Shown piece by piece: positions 40,962-54,695 of a DNA stretch of 64,000 nt (its first letter is position 1; each line of letters opens with the position of its first letter). Under the pieces are notes generated by a model that ran no database searches, was not told where the DNA came from, and saw only the letters and a program-made list of their open reading frames with translations. The translations under genes and the position numbers were made by a program. This DNA comes from Octopus vulgaris (lineage: Eukaryota). Location of the stretch: the NCBI GenBank assembly GCA_951406725.2, contig OX597822.1:69750001-69814000 (forward strand), in the 5' to 3' direction.

Positions 40962-41230
40962 ACTTGTGCACCGGTGACCAAGCAAGTTCTTTTCTTACTC
41001 TCCGTCTTTTAGAGAGTGCAGCAGTTTTCGCTTGTTGTTTCTGCTTTGCTTTATGTTTCTCTGCCGCCGCCGCCGCCTTCTTCCTCCTCTTACCACTAAG
41101 CACCTTGTTCTTGCTTTGCTTTTCTGCTAGTAGTTTTGCCAAGAGCTACTTCTTCTGCAATGGTAGATTCAAGCCAATAGCAGACTTTCTATTTTGACTT
41201 AACCTCCATAGATTATTACCGAAAACATGA
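40962..41230 (-). promoter_or_regulatory. Probable TPP2 5'UTR and proximal promoter
   Basis: Repeat-free sequence directly upstream of the ATG. Has a (GCC)n run near 41064-41077, CCAAT at 41174-41178 on the + strand, and a short ATG ORF MEVKSK at 41209-41189. The TSS cannot be determined from sequence. Confidence 0.5.
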
Positions 41231-42823
41231 CATTGACCGTTTTAAGTACTAAAAAAGAGTGAAATCATATGTCACTGATAATCTTATCCAAGTATACTGT
41301 GTGAGTATATACATACATACATATATGTGTGTGTATGTATATAGCTATACACACGCGCGCGCACATACATGTGCGTATGTTTAATCTTGACTACGAACGT
41401 GTTATATTGTTATTCTTAAAATATCTTTAAAATAATTCCTAAAATTAACATATGTATACATAACAGCAGTTATATGCACATAGGCATTACAATGCATAAC
41501 ATCTGTACTGATTACGCAACATTTAGGCTTAACACATGCATTTGTGAACTAAAGATTACCAGATTTAAGATAAAACAGTCAACTTTTTTTTTTAATCTTA
41601 TTCCATAGTAACGTCTGTTAAACTTAAATATGTATGTCAATAGTAAGATTAAATGACCAGTAATATTACTGATAAAGTGGACACGGTGACTAATAAGAAC
41701 TCATTGACCTACTGCTTTATTTTATCCCCTCTCTCTCGCTTTCTCTCTTATCCTACTCTAATGATGAGGCAAATCAGCAAAAACATAAATGGTTTCTTGT
41801 ACTGGCGCAAAGCCAAGAATATGATTAGAGCTATGAATAGTCGATTGAATTGACACGGTCCATTCTTGGTACTTATTGTATCGTCGTCCCCTGGGGATGA
41901 TTAAGGGCAAGGTCATCCCTAGCGGTATTTGAACTTAGATGTATGAAATTACATCTTATAATGGTTCTGTTTAGCGGCATTTAGTTACATAATCTTTTTA
42001 TAGTCTACGGTTAGAATCCCTCCAAGTTTGCATGTTTTGGGGGGGGGGGTTTGTTTTAATTTCATCCCATCAATATCTTAAAGTCCCAGTTGGTGAACCA
42101 TAGTCGATTAAATCAATCGAACCTACTTCCGTGCCTACATTTCTCAACGCCCCCTCCCCCGCAAAAAATTGTTATTCTGTGCTCACTTTACATATTATTA
42201 GTTCAAATAACGCCGAAGTCGACCACCATTTCATCCTGGGTGTCAGTAAAATAAGTACAAGAGCTGGATTCGATCTTACCGACTATACCCTCGCTAAAAA
42301 TTTGCTGAACGAAAATATTACGGGGAGACGTTCTATATACCAAGTGAAAATACGTAATGCAGTGATAAAAAAAAATTTTAATCAACTATCTACGCGATGA
42401 GTGAACAAATTCTCCCTCTATTGATGTGTAAAATCTAGAAACAAGAAAGGGAGGTAATTTCAATAAGATCAAGATAAACATTTTTCAAATATATAATGCA
42501 AATCAGAGTAAACCTGATCTTCAAAAACAACTGGCAAAAGTAATGGACATGTTTGAAGTTTATTACACCACATCATACATACATATAAAAGTGTGGGTGT
42601 GTGTGTATACCATGCAGATACCATATAAAAACCATTCAGTACACTCTGTAAAATGGTTGGCAATAGGAAGGGCACCCAGCCATAGAAACCATGCCAGACA
42701 CACAACTAGAGTCTGGGCAGCTCTCTGGTTCGTGAACTCTTGTTAAATCATCCAACCCATGCCAGCAGGGAAAACAGACATTAAATGATGATGGTGATAT
42801 ATATATATATATATATATATATA

Positions 42824-43173
42824 GGCGCAGGAGTGGCTGTGTGGTAAGTAGCTTGCTTACCAGCCACATGGTTCCGGGTTCAGTCCCACTGCGTGGCACT
42901 TTGGGCAAGTGTCTTCTACTATAGCCTTGTGAGTGGATTTGGTAGATGGAAACTGTATATATATAGATATATATGTGTGTCTGTGTTTGTGCCCCCACCA
43001 TCGCTTGACAACCAATGTTGGTGTGTTCACATCCCCGTAACTTAGCGGTTCGGCAAAAGAGATCAATAGAATAAGTACTGAGTTCACAAAGAATAAATCC
43101 TGGGGTCATTTTGTTCAACTAAGAGTGGTGCTCCAGCATGGCTGCAGTCAAAATGACTGAAACAAATAAAAGA
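42824..43173 (+). mobile_element. Family-A tRNA-derived SINE
   Basis: Head ggcgcaggagtggctgtgtggtaag...ggttccgggttcagtccc (A and B boxes), CORE-like block, and tail ccagcatggctgcagtcaaaatgactgaaac. Confidence 0.85.
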
Positions 43174-43224
43174 ATATCTATATTTATATTTATATATTTT
43201 TATATTTATGTTTATATTTATATA

Positions 43225-43400
43225 CTAGTGGGATCTGTGAATATTTCACAGAATTAATGGTAAACCTATTAGGCTATGTATGAAAACTTTATCCAAAAAT
43301 CCTGAAAGTGTAGCCTGTGTTGTGTCTGTATGGAAAGAAAGTTGCTCATCTGCTTCTTATTGAAAAGCGAAAGAAATTGGAATGCAATGATTACTTCATG
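43225..43400 (-). mobile_element. Possible Helitron 3' end
   Basis: On the minus strand, hairpin tctgtgaaatattcacaga lies just upstream of CTAG|T at 43228-43224. The 5' boundary is unknown. Confidence 0.4.
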
Positions 43401-43707
43401 CACTTTATGTACTTTATGCACAATATTATAGACTTAATACAGAGCACTCATAAAAAAAATATTCACTCTTATTTTCCCATTTTCCCATAAACAAAAAAAA
43501 ATATCCTGTACATATGATACAACCTTTAGTCAATTTGCATGTATCCACCACATAAATAAGCATGAATTCCACTTATGAGCATGTGTTAAGTGATAGGGGA
43601 TATAAAAAAAACTTGGTTCAATTAAAATAAAAAATACACTATCCAGTCACCACCACCACCTCCACCACCACCACCATCATCATATCTCTCTCTCCTCTCT
43701 TTCTCCC

Positions 43708-43738
<31 letters not shown>

Positions 43739-45104
43739 CCTTTCTTCTCTCTCTGTGCTTTTCTCCAGACATAAAGTCGTTCCCCAGGGTTTTATACGCT
43801 TGCAAATTGCATGACAAGCTGACTTGTGCTGGTAATACAAAAAAAAAGCACCAAGTATTAGCTGTAAAGTGGTTGGCATTAGGAAGGGCATCTAGACATA
43901 GAAACCATGCCAAAACAGACATTGGATCCTGTCAAGCCTAGACATTAAATGATGATGATGATGATAAGAAATTGTGATAACTCAGGTTTTCTACACACCA
44001 AAAATTGAACCGGAGTTGTCAAGGTACTCTAATCTTTTATCAATTTATGTTGATAAGACAGCCCTCTGCCCTCCACCAGTATGAACTAACAATACCTTTC
44101 ATCATGACTTGATGAAATTTGATAACAGCTAAATGGTAAAATATCTAAGTGATTTGAATATATTTAAGTTAATGTCAACATATTTCAGACAGTAAGCATT
44201 AAAAATCTAGATATAATTATATGATAAGGAAATCACAATATGAGTCAGTGACTAATATTATTTTAATTATACCAACAAGTACAAGAAACAACTTTGGACT
44301 TGTTTTAGTCTTAGCCTAAACTTTACCATTCTTAGAAAAGTTATGATAGACCATCGACAACTTTTCTCCATTGTTTTCGACTTTCCATCATCTTCTCTGT
44401 TTATCTGTTTCCCTGTGGGAAGCCCTTCCTCTCCCAGGTCCTGTTGGGTTTGAATTGTCATCAATAGCCCGTTTTTACCTCTAAGAAAAGCTAGTGCACA
44501 TTAGTCTGGCCACTACTCTTTGAGCTGTCCAGCATAAGAGCCCTACCAGTAGCTTGCACCCCACTAGCATAACTCTCAGAATCGTTGAGACACACAACCC
44601 ATCACACCACAACAAAGACAGAACCTTGTGGTAGAAAGTAATGATGAATGAGAGAATCAATAAATAGATGCATGATATTGTATACAGGTCTTTTTGTTCA
44701 TTTTTATGTCTGTTTTCTATGTTAACATGGATACATGGATTAGGCAAATATATTGTTGAGGTGTTGTTTTACAATCAGACGCCCTTCCTATTGTTAACCC
44801 TGTTTATCAAGTAAGGGATATCTTATTTCACTCATCTTTGAAAATGCTTGGCCAGCAGATGTTAACGGGGAAATGACAGGAGCATCAGAGCACACCACTG
44901 AGCAATTTTTGGACAAGTGCATGAACTTACATGAAAACACATATAACACACACACACATGCAATGAGCTTCTGTCAGTTTCCATGTACCAAATCTACACA
45001 AAAGGTTTGAATGGTCTGGGGTTATAGTAGAAATGCTTGCTCAAGGTGCTGCTGCATAATGGATTTGAAGTCAAAATCTATGTGGTTGGAAAGCAAACTT
45101 TTTG

Positions 45105-45925
45105 TGAGTAAGGTGATGATTGGCAACGAGTATAGTGAGGAGTTCCAGGTAGAAGTAGGAATCAATCACCAAGAATCAGTCCTCAACCCACTCTTATTCA
45201 TCATAGTCCTCCAGGCAATAACAGAGGAATTCAAGGCAGGATACCCCTGGGAGCTCCTCTATGCTGATGACCTTGCTCTAATTGCTGAGTCACTATCAGA
45301 AGTTTCAGGTGTGGAAACAAGGATTAGAATCGAAAGGCCTTAGAGTCAACCTAGCAAAAACCAAAGTCCTAGTAAGTAGGAAGGCAGACAAATCATAAAT
45401 CCCTTCAGGTAGATGGCTTTGCTCGATCTGTAGAAAAGGCGTAGGTAGAAACTCCATAAGATGTACCCAGTGTAAGCTATGGACACAAGAGGTGCAGCAA
45501 TATCAAAGGAAGGTTAACTGTGAAACTAGTTTTTGTGTGTTTGCAGATGCACAGGTGCAATAAACACCAAAGATGTACAGAAAACAGATTCCATCACATG
45601 CCAGGGGGAAAAACTAGAAGTAGTTGATAGCTTCTGTTACCTAGGTGACCAAGTTAGTAGCAGGGGTGGATGCTTTGAGAGTGTAGCTGCTAGAATAAGA
45701 ATAGCCTGGGCAAAGTTCAGAGAGCTTCTACCTCTGCTAGTAACAAAGGGTCTCTCACTCAGAGTGAAAGGTAGCCTGTACGATGCCTGTGTGCAAATAG
45801 CCATGCTACATGGCAGTGAAACATGGGCTGTGACTACTGAGGACATGCATAGGCTTGAAAAGAATGAAGCTGGTATGACCCGTTGGATGTGTAATGTCAG
45901 TGTGCATACACGACAGAGTGTAAGA
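45105..45925 (+). mobile_element. RTE-clade LINE fragment (RT C-terminal half)
   Basis: HQESVLNPLLFIIVLQAI..PWELLYADDLALIAES; LEVVDSFCYLGDQV..ARIRIAWAKFRELLPLL..LYDACV..MLHGSETWA. Confidence 0.9.
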
Positions 45926-47430
45926 ATATATTATCCAATGAATGTAGTTAAAGAACAACCTTATTTCTTAGTGAGGGGTCTGTTTACCTGCAACTCTTTC
46001 TTATAATAACAATCCACCAATAAAGCCTTGCATTCACCACACGTTTCATAATTCTTATACAGACCTCAAGAGGTCTTCTATTTGTTCTACATTGCTTCAT
46101 TCCACTCCACACTACACCATGAAGGAGACTTTACATCAGGGGACTTCCAGTCTTTTCTGTTCTATTTATCCTCTAACAATTTTTTAAAAAAGTAAATTTA
46201 ATCCCAATCTGTTATGTTCACTAAGTTAAGTTCACATTTCTACCATGATAAAACAGGTATCAAAAAGGAAATTTAAAATGTTGCTTTCAAATTTATTATA
46301 AATTTAAATAACAATAAATATAGTATATGACTATGTTATTTCACTTATTTATAAACAAATGATGAACAAATGCCAGGACCAAATAAAGTCTTTCAAATCA
46401 GATTATATCATTAATAACAGTAATTAAAAAATATATACAATACAAATTATTAAATCCAAACTCAGAGAAAGGAACAAAAATTTTGTTTTAAATTTTCTTT
46501 TCAACTGCAGGATTTTAAAATTATAATTAAAATAAAAATATGTACAAATTCTGAATCAGCAAATTTATTTCCTGAGTAGGTTAAATTTACCTCATGGGGG
46601 TAAATTCACCCCAAGCTTGGGAAGTCCTGTTTTACATGATCCTTGGACCAACTAACAAAACCTCCCTCAAGCCACCCACTTGCTCTACTATCACAGGATG
46701 GTTACAGCTGGAACACATTTGATTGTAAGTCTACTTATCCAGACTGAACTGGAACTAAACAACACCACCACACAACATGAACCAACGAAGAAGCCTCATT
46801 GTGCTCATTTGACTTAATAGAAATAGCATCCATATCTTCCTCAATTCACTTAGCCACCCCATCAGAGAACATGGTTTGATCATAGGGTTGCATAATCAGA
46901 GCTGACCTGGGGCTAAACAGCAACATAGCACCACATGATATTGTAGCCATACTATACCATGGTATTATATTACCACATACTATGCTATATCATGATATTA
47001 CTGTACATCAGCACACATCTCACCATATATCACAGAGAAAGATATTTATCCACATCATATCCCTACCATTCCATAGTTTTTTTCTTGACTCATCAGGCTG
47101 ATTCCTCGGTTTCCATGACATATCAATGACCAAGATCACATTTTCCTTTGAATGGGACGCTGATCCTTCACAAGGTTGTTACTCATTTACAGTTGAACAG
47201 ACTACAACAACATGAAATTAAATATCTTGCTCAAAAGCACAACCCACTACCTGGTCCAGGAAACAAAACTGTGATCTTACAATCATGAGGATAACACCCT
47301 AACCACAAGGTCATATACTTTCATCTATCACACCTTGCATACCATATACCATTTCATATCATGGACCAGATTTGAGACTATGGACATTAAAACAATGGTG
47401 ATCATTATGTATAAATATGTACATATATAG

Positions 47431-47747
47431 GGAGATGTACTTGCATAGCAAGTGACCTGATCTGAGATTGTGTGCTGGAACGAAAACAATTGCAGCGTGG
47501 AAGGTGTTTATTAAGCCATTTAAGAAACACACAAAAACCGATAGATTCACTTCAACATTTAAATTTAATTTGCCAAAATATTTTCGTGGCTTTGAGACCG
47601 CCACCTGTTCACTGACAAAATTCTGTGATGCAGCATGGAATTTTGTCAGTGAACAGGTGGTGGTCTCAAAGCGACGAAAATATTTTGGCAAATTAAATTT
47701 AAATGTTGTGTGTTTCTTAAATGGCTTATAAATACCTTCCATACTAC

Positions 47748-47751
<4 letters not shown>
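47431..47751. mobile_element. Fold-back Penelope-like element in (TA)n with a G3-C8 variant hammerhead motif
   Basis: Arms at 47488-47623 and 47638-47751; tail at 47431-47487. Motif at 47570-47618 (-): UUGUCA-GUGAACA-G-GUGGC(ggucucaaa)GCCAC-GAAA-AUAU-UU-UGGCAA. Confidence 0.65.
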
Positions 47752-47794
<43 letters not shown>

Positions 47795-48530
47795 CCATCA
47801 TCATCATCATTTAATTCTGTTTTCTATGCTGACATAGGTTGAACGGTTTGACAGAAGCTTGTCTATCTATCTATCAATCTACATACCTAGATTGATAGAT
47901 AGGAGGGCACACAAACATAGATAGATAGATAGATAGATATATAGATATACAGACAGACAGATAGATATTCTCCCACACATCTTGAGTCTCTGTCATTGCT
48001 CTCTCTCTCTCCCCCCTCTGGATTAGATTGCCTTCTATCATTGTGAAAAAGAAAGTGATACACCCAATTACTAAAAAGCTTAAATACTGAACTTTGAAAT
48101 TTTGACATTTATGTTGTCAAAGCAAAAGGATAAAATCCAGTAAGATCAAAAGTAATATTAATACTGTCACACCTTGTACCTACCTAACAAAAGAGGAACA
48201 CCTACTGGCTTGTTTACAAAGTTCTACATGCATGAATTCATTCTAAACAATAAAATGATCTATTAAAATTTTTCCAAAACACATTTCCATAACAACCAAC
48301 CTAATAACTTAAATACCATTTCACACACTCCAAGATGATTTTTAACTCAACAGAGACTATATAAAGGCAAGACTAACTATAATGTATTGCAGTCCAGTGA
48401 TGGCTTAGCTGACCAAAACTTTGAAGTCACTATCAACAACATTCTCGTAAAAGAATGATAAATTTGTACTCTACAAAAGTATAGAGTAACCCATCAGGTT
48501 GATATAAATTTGTTTTTATTATAACTGGAC

Positions 48531-49022
48531 TGAGACCTCCGGAGATATGCTGTGACTGGAAAGACCCGACAAATAAAGTGGGTCCACAACGTATCCTACT
48601 CCAGCTTCACATAACCAGCCCCAGTCCATTCAAAGTACCTTGGATCATAGGATGACCTGCTGTGCTTACCTTGGATCGTAGGGTGACCTGCTGTGCTTGA
48701 GGAGACCTATTGAGTCAAGTACATCTACATCAACATCAAAATAAAAATCAAATGGAAATTGTAGCTGTGATACCTGTGCCGGTGGCACGTGAAAAGCACC
48801 AACCGACCGTGGCTGTTCGCAGCCTCCTCTGGCTCCTGTGCTGTGGCACATAAAAAGCACCCACTATACTCACAGAGTGGTTGGCATTAGGAAGGGCATC
48901 CAACTGTAGAAACACTGCCAGTTCAGACTGGAGCATGGTGCAGCCTCCTGGCTTCCCAGACCCTGTCGCACCGTCCAACCCATGCTAGCATGGAAAACGG
49001 ACGTTAAACGATGATGATGATG
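48531..49022 (+). mobile_element. RTE LINE 3' end and 3'UTR with (GAT)n tail; probable source of the abundant aaaagcacccactac...ggacgttaaacgatgatg repeats
   Basis: Begins with an RTE-like C-terminus RDLRRYAVTGKTRQIK. Truncated copies of the same 3' end at ~2860-3317, 4213-4390, 15800-16163, 25773-25865, 27547-27720, 36345-36760 (-), 56150-56430 and 57798-58225 (-). Confidence 0.75.
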
Positions 49023-49278
49023 AACATAAAACATAAAAATAAACATTCACACATACACACACACGCATGCATGCACACGCACACACATACACACACATAT
49101 ACATATATATATATATACATACATATATACATACATATATATATATATATACACACACATACATATATATATATTGGTATGTACCGGAGTAAGCACATAA
49201 ATGTGAAACAAGGTGGAAAAAAGAGTACTCAAATACCAGAGGTAGAGTATTATGCTTTATTTAAAAGCAGCAGAAATA

Positions 49279-49333
49279 TAACAAAAGCTGTTACTCAGAG
49301 TTTCACGTTCCTGTTCGTCGGACAGTTTTGTTA
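49279..49333 (-). ncRNA. Type I hammerhead ribozyme, U4C core variant, in a Penelope-like 3' fragment (49174-49333)
   Basis: UAACAAAACUGU-CCGACGA-ac(aggaac)gu-GAAA-CUCUGAG-UA|ACAGcUUUUGUUA. 12-bp stem I with one bulge; very short stem II. Confidence 0.7.
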
Positions 49334-51120
49334 AAAGAAAAAAAAGCCAAAATAGCTAGGATTGCTTGAAAATTCCATCTTACAATACTTAAGTTGGGTA
49401 TTTTTTGAAACTTTACAGTAGGAAATTTGTTTTCTTTAAAGAAACGAAAATCTCTGGTCAAACGAAATAGAAATTTCATGTTATCTCGCCATCCTGCTGA
49501 TTGAGTAATCTTTTTTTTCACCATTGTTGAAATTAGCCTGGGGTTTCTTGTAATTACTTAGAAGCTCTTGGATGAATGTATATTCTATATTGGGAGATGA
49601 CTTTTTTTCTCCAAGTTCATTATCCATTACAACACAAAGAACTCTCTCAAGGATATGATGCTGACAACCCACAAATTTCAGTTCTTTAAAGCCCTATAGA
49701 ACAAACAGTCTTTGCAACTGAATGACAATGCCATTTCTTTGTATAAGCAACAATCATCTTTACACAGTTCAATAAATTGTATTCATCTAAAACTGCTGTT
49801 ATTCCTTTCACAACAGTATCAGCTTTTCCCTTTGGTAATTGGAGTGCTTCTAACTTAACTTCTCTTTGTTCATTTTTTTAAAGCTAGCACTTGGTATTCT
49901 CAGTCATAAATACATTTACCATCAAAATGCAATGACCAGTTTTCTAAATGTAGTGTTTTATTCATTTTCCTTTTTAGTTTAACAGCTTCTTTGATAGTTG
50001 ACCTGTAAATACCAAATTGGGAAGGAGTCTCGACATTGATTGTATCATGAGATAATTGTTGACAAACTGTTGCTAATTTCTGGGTTGATAGCTTGGAAGA
50101 TATTACTAACTTGGTTGCAGTTCCAGTTACTGCTATACTTCCTTCTTGTTTGTGTGAATTCTTCATCTGATTTTTTGGACTCCTGATATTCACTTTCAGT
50201 CTATGCTTCAGACATTGGAGTTGCTCTGGTTGAAGTTGGCATTGAGGACACTTTTCTTCTTTTGGATGGATGGATAGTTTTAGAACTGGCTGCCTTTCCA
50301 ATTGCATGCCCAATCTGTCCCTTGCTTTCAGGTTGAAGATAATATAACCTTCTATCCTCACTGTACAACCATTCACTGTTTTCCTTTGTGATATCAATGA
50401 ATCGTATTTTCCTCATTTTACATATTTATCGTAAGTATTCAGCACTTTTTCTACTTTTGCTTGTACATTTTGAATTAATAAACATGGGAAATTCAATTTC
50501 TTTTGCCATAAAAAAGTTACTTCTTTTGAAATTTCCTTTATTCTTTCTTTCCTTCCTTTGATGGTACCTCCAAGGAACAGGTAGCAACTGACAATTTGAA
50601 GTTTCAGTGGCATCCTGCAGTTGTTTTCCAAAGAATGCTCTTCTAGAGGAACAGATCTTCTTTTCTTGTGTGAGTCTTAAAATTGCCCAGACTTTTTTGT
50701 TTCTTTGAGTGGCACAAGCACTTCTCTTATGAGACATTATTTTAGATACTCTAGTTGGATAAGTCTACTATTCTGAAAAACAGTTAATATAGTCAGAGTT
50801 TTTAGCATCACAGAAATAAATAGGAGAGGAAGAGAACATTTCCTAAAGTAGGTCCTAAATGGTAGCAAATTAAAAACTTGAAAGCTGAAATTTGAGATAT
50901 ACTGCTTCTGCATTGCATTAAGTCAGCACACTAAGTTTGGTAAAAACTTGAGTAGGCATTATGAACCCCCTAGAATTTTGCAAGATTTGGGTCAAAAGTG
51001 GTGTTAGATTTCTTCACTTGGGAAAATAAAGGTAATTTTCCTTACTTATATGAAATTGCTCATCGAATTTTGATACAGGAAATTGTTTACTTCCAAAAAA
51101 TCAAAAAGTCATAACCCTAA
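49334..51120 (-). mobile_element. hATm-type DNA transposon remnant, 3' truncated
   Basis: Minus-strand terminus TTAGGGTTATGAC at 51120. Frameshifted transposase with WSLHFDGK, FVGCQHHILERVL, WRDNMKF and PNLSIVRWN motifs. Confidence 0.7.
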
Positions 51121-51373
51121 TATATATATATATATATACTACAAAATTAGAAAATGGAGAAACATATTTAAATCAATCAAACATCAACCATCAGATGATA
51201 CCCAATCAATACTTTATTACACCATTACATAACAGTACATGCATTATACAAAATATATTATAAATATAATTAGACAAAGAAATAGAAATATAAAATATAA
51301 AATATAATATGTAATTATATTATATATATGTAATTATATATATATTATATTATATATATGTAATTATATTATA

Positions 51374-51471
<98 letters not shown>

Positions 51472-51480
51472 AATTTCAGC

Positions 51481-52620
51481 GTTTGTTTTTACTGTTTTGT
51501 TCTCACTATCCTGTTCTTGTTACCACTTTCACCCTCTGCAAAAATCCCAAAATTTTATTTAATTTGTTTTGCGGGAAGGACTGTTTCAACAAAGTCGTGT
51601 ATTGTCCTTGCCTTCAAAACACGGAGTAGATGAAACAGGGACAACTGAAGAAGTGGAATATTCTTTATGTTGCATGTCTCGTTTCTCTGTTTTTTCGCTG
51701 TTCGAAAAAAAATTAATTTCTATGTTTTTGTTTTTATGTTTTCGTTTCTCATTGTGTTCAACGTTTTTTTGATGTCCTGTACCCATATATGCATGTATAT
51801 ATACATATATATGTAGGTATGTACATATATGTATGTATATATGCATATATTTATATATTATTCATATTGTTATATGATCGTACACCACGCATCCTTTTCC
51901 AAGTAAGTTTTATCTTAATAATTACGATGCACACACTTCTATCTCTACTATCTCTTCTCTGTCTATCTCTCTCCCTCTCTTGTTCTACATCCTTTCTGGT
52001 TTTCTCTCCCACCCTTCCCTATTCTTCTCCTCTCCTCTTCACCATTCCCTCTCTCTCACTCCTCCTCCTCAACTCTCTCATCGCTGACACGTGACAAAAG
52101 AGATCTATCTTTCTGTTCATTACCTTCCTAAAGACAACACATGCTTATACTGTCTCCTCTCATAAGCTCGTCTTCCAAGCGTTCATAACAATTTTTCTTT
52201 CATATTGGCTTAACAACCCACACTGTTTGTTTTTTACTGTTTTGTTCTCACTATCCTGTTCTTGTTACCACTTTCACCCTCCACAAAAATCCCAAATTTT
52301 ATTTAATTTGTTTTGCGGGAAGGACTGTTTCAACAAAGTCGTGTATTGTCCTTGCCTTCGAAATGTGGAGTAGATGAAACAGGGACAACTGAAGAAGGGG
52401 AATATTCTTTGTGTTGTATGTCTTGTTTCTCTGTTTGTTTGTTTTGTTGTTCGAAAAAAAGTGCGTTTCTATGTTTTTGTTTCTCATTGTGTTCAATGTT
52501 TTTTTGATGTCCTGTACCCATATATGCATGTATATATACATATAAATGTAGGTATGTATATATATATATATGTATGTATGTATATATATGCATATATTTA
52601 TATATTATTTATATTATATA
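51481..52620 (+). repeat. ~390-bp direct repeats (51481-51875 and 52224-52620) around a ~350-bp spacer, in (TA)n
   Basis: Two closely similar copies are visible. The partial-tandem layout is compatible with a Penelope-like element. Confidence 0.8.
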
Positions 52621-52693
52621 TATATATATATATATACACACACATGTATATATATATATATATATATATATACGTATATATACACATATACAT

Positions 52694-52741
<48 letters not shown>

Positions 52742-53400
52742 CAAGGTATAAATGATGATCCTTTCATATTTTTCCCTTATTGGAGTAAATTCGGCTTACA
52801 GCTGTTTCTAGTCATCATTACAGGTTCGCTATCAATAGGTTTACTCAGTTGGTCTATTGATCTGCTGAGAAAAGTTGAATGACCTTAAAAATTAATGCTA
52901 CTTTTCATCAGAGCCATTTCTAGTTATAACAATGCAGAACACTGAAGGAATGGTACAGACATGGAGGAGAGGAAGAAAAGAGGCAAGTGGAAGAGTGATG
53001 AAGAGGAGAGTGAAAGGGAAGTGATGATTTGGAAGGGAAGGACAAAGGAGAAGAGAAGGAAAGAAAAGAAGAGGGGAAGGAATAGAAAGAATAGAGGAGA
53101 GGAGGCATTCCATAGAAGAAGCTAATGGAATTCATAAAATTGCTTTTCCTGTGTTATCTCTTTTTCTTATATGTACACACACACACACACACATACTAGT
53201 GAGTGGACAAATGGAAAAGAAAGATGATTCTGAACACATTTATTATGAGTTACACATATTAATTTTTAAAACAACATGCTTCCACCCCACCCTTAATCAT
53301 ATTGTTTTAAATGATGATGATGATGATCATGATGATAGGTGTCAGGAAGACACTCCGCAAGAAATGAAAACCATTGATCTGCTGGATAATAATAATAATG

Positions 53401-53440
<40 letters not shown>

Positions 53441-54695
53441 TAAAAATAATAATAATAATAAAAATAATAATAATAATATACACACATATTCACATACACT
53501 TGTGTGTGTGTGTGTGTGTGTGTGTCCATATGACCCAAGAAAATGTAGGTAGTGAGAACTACCTATTTTTATCAGTGAGTTTGTTGTCCTGCCAGCAAGT
53601 GAGAACCAACTAGGGTGTGCTGGCCTGAAACACGAGAGAATTATCAGGTCAAAGGATGGTCTAGGAAGAACAAATAAACCACTAATTTCTCCTACGCTCA
53701 CTGTAGTGATCCAACCCCCACATTTCACTGACATTAGCAAGTGTGAATTGCCTCTTCATTTGAGTGCATAAAGGTTGTGACCAAGCTTTATTCTACAAAA
53801 CCAAAACAGAATATAGTAATGCCTTGATTTACCAAGTTAGTTTGTTCCCAGAGACCGCTCATAAAGTAAAAACTCGTAAAGCAGAGCAATAATTTCCCAT
53901 ACTAGCAATGTTATAAATCGTAATTCACTCCCAGAAAAATATTTAACCTATAAAATTTATAATCCATGTAAATAAATGGCAATAAAACAACAGTAGAATG
54001 TAAAGAATATTTTATGTAAAATGAAAAGAATGTCAAGATCATCTATATATCTAAAACTGAGAATGTGTGTCTGTCTGTCTGCGTGAATCCCTAAAACTTG
54101 AGAACTACAACCAATTTCAATCAAATGCTAGGGGGACAAACACATACACACATATATATATATATATATATATACATATATACAACAGGCTTCTTTCAGT
54201 TTCCATCTACCAAATCCACTCACAAGGCATTCGTCGGCCCGGGGCTATAGCAGAAGACACTTGCCCAAGATGCCATGCAGTGGGACTGAACTCGGAACCA
54301 TGTGGTTGTTTACAAGCTACTTACCACACAGCCACTCCTGCGCCTAGATGTATATATATAAATGTATATGTATACCTGTATATGTATAGATGTATTTCTA
54401 TAGATATAGATGTATATGTATACATGTATGTGTAGATGTATATATATATAGAGAGAGAGAGAGATGTACATGTAATATGTACACATATATATACACATAT
54501 ATACATGCATACATATATACACCCATATGCACATACACCCCCACATAAACACACATACATAGGTGCAGGTGTGACTGTGTGGTAACAAACTTGGTTCCAA
54601 AACACATTGTCCTCAGTTCAGTCCCACTGTGTGGTAACTTGGCATGTGTCTTCTGCTATAGCCACAGACCAACCAAAGCCTTGTCAATGGATTTT

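Noticed and set aside
42824-42900. tRNA-like sequences at SINE heads as tRNA genes
   Set aside because: They have A and B boxes but run into SINE bodies and lack a proper acceptor stem and terminator.
52797-52808. Minus-strand GAAACAGCTGTA hammerhead 3' half
   Set aside because: The CUGANGA half is missing, so it is counted only as a probable PLE fragment, not as a ribozyme.
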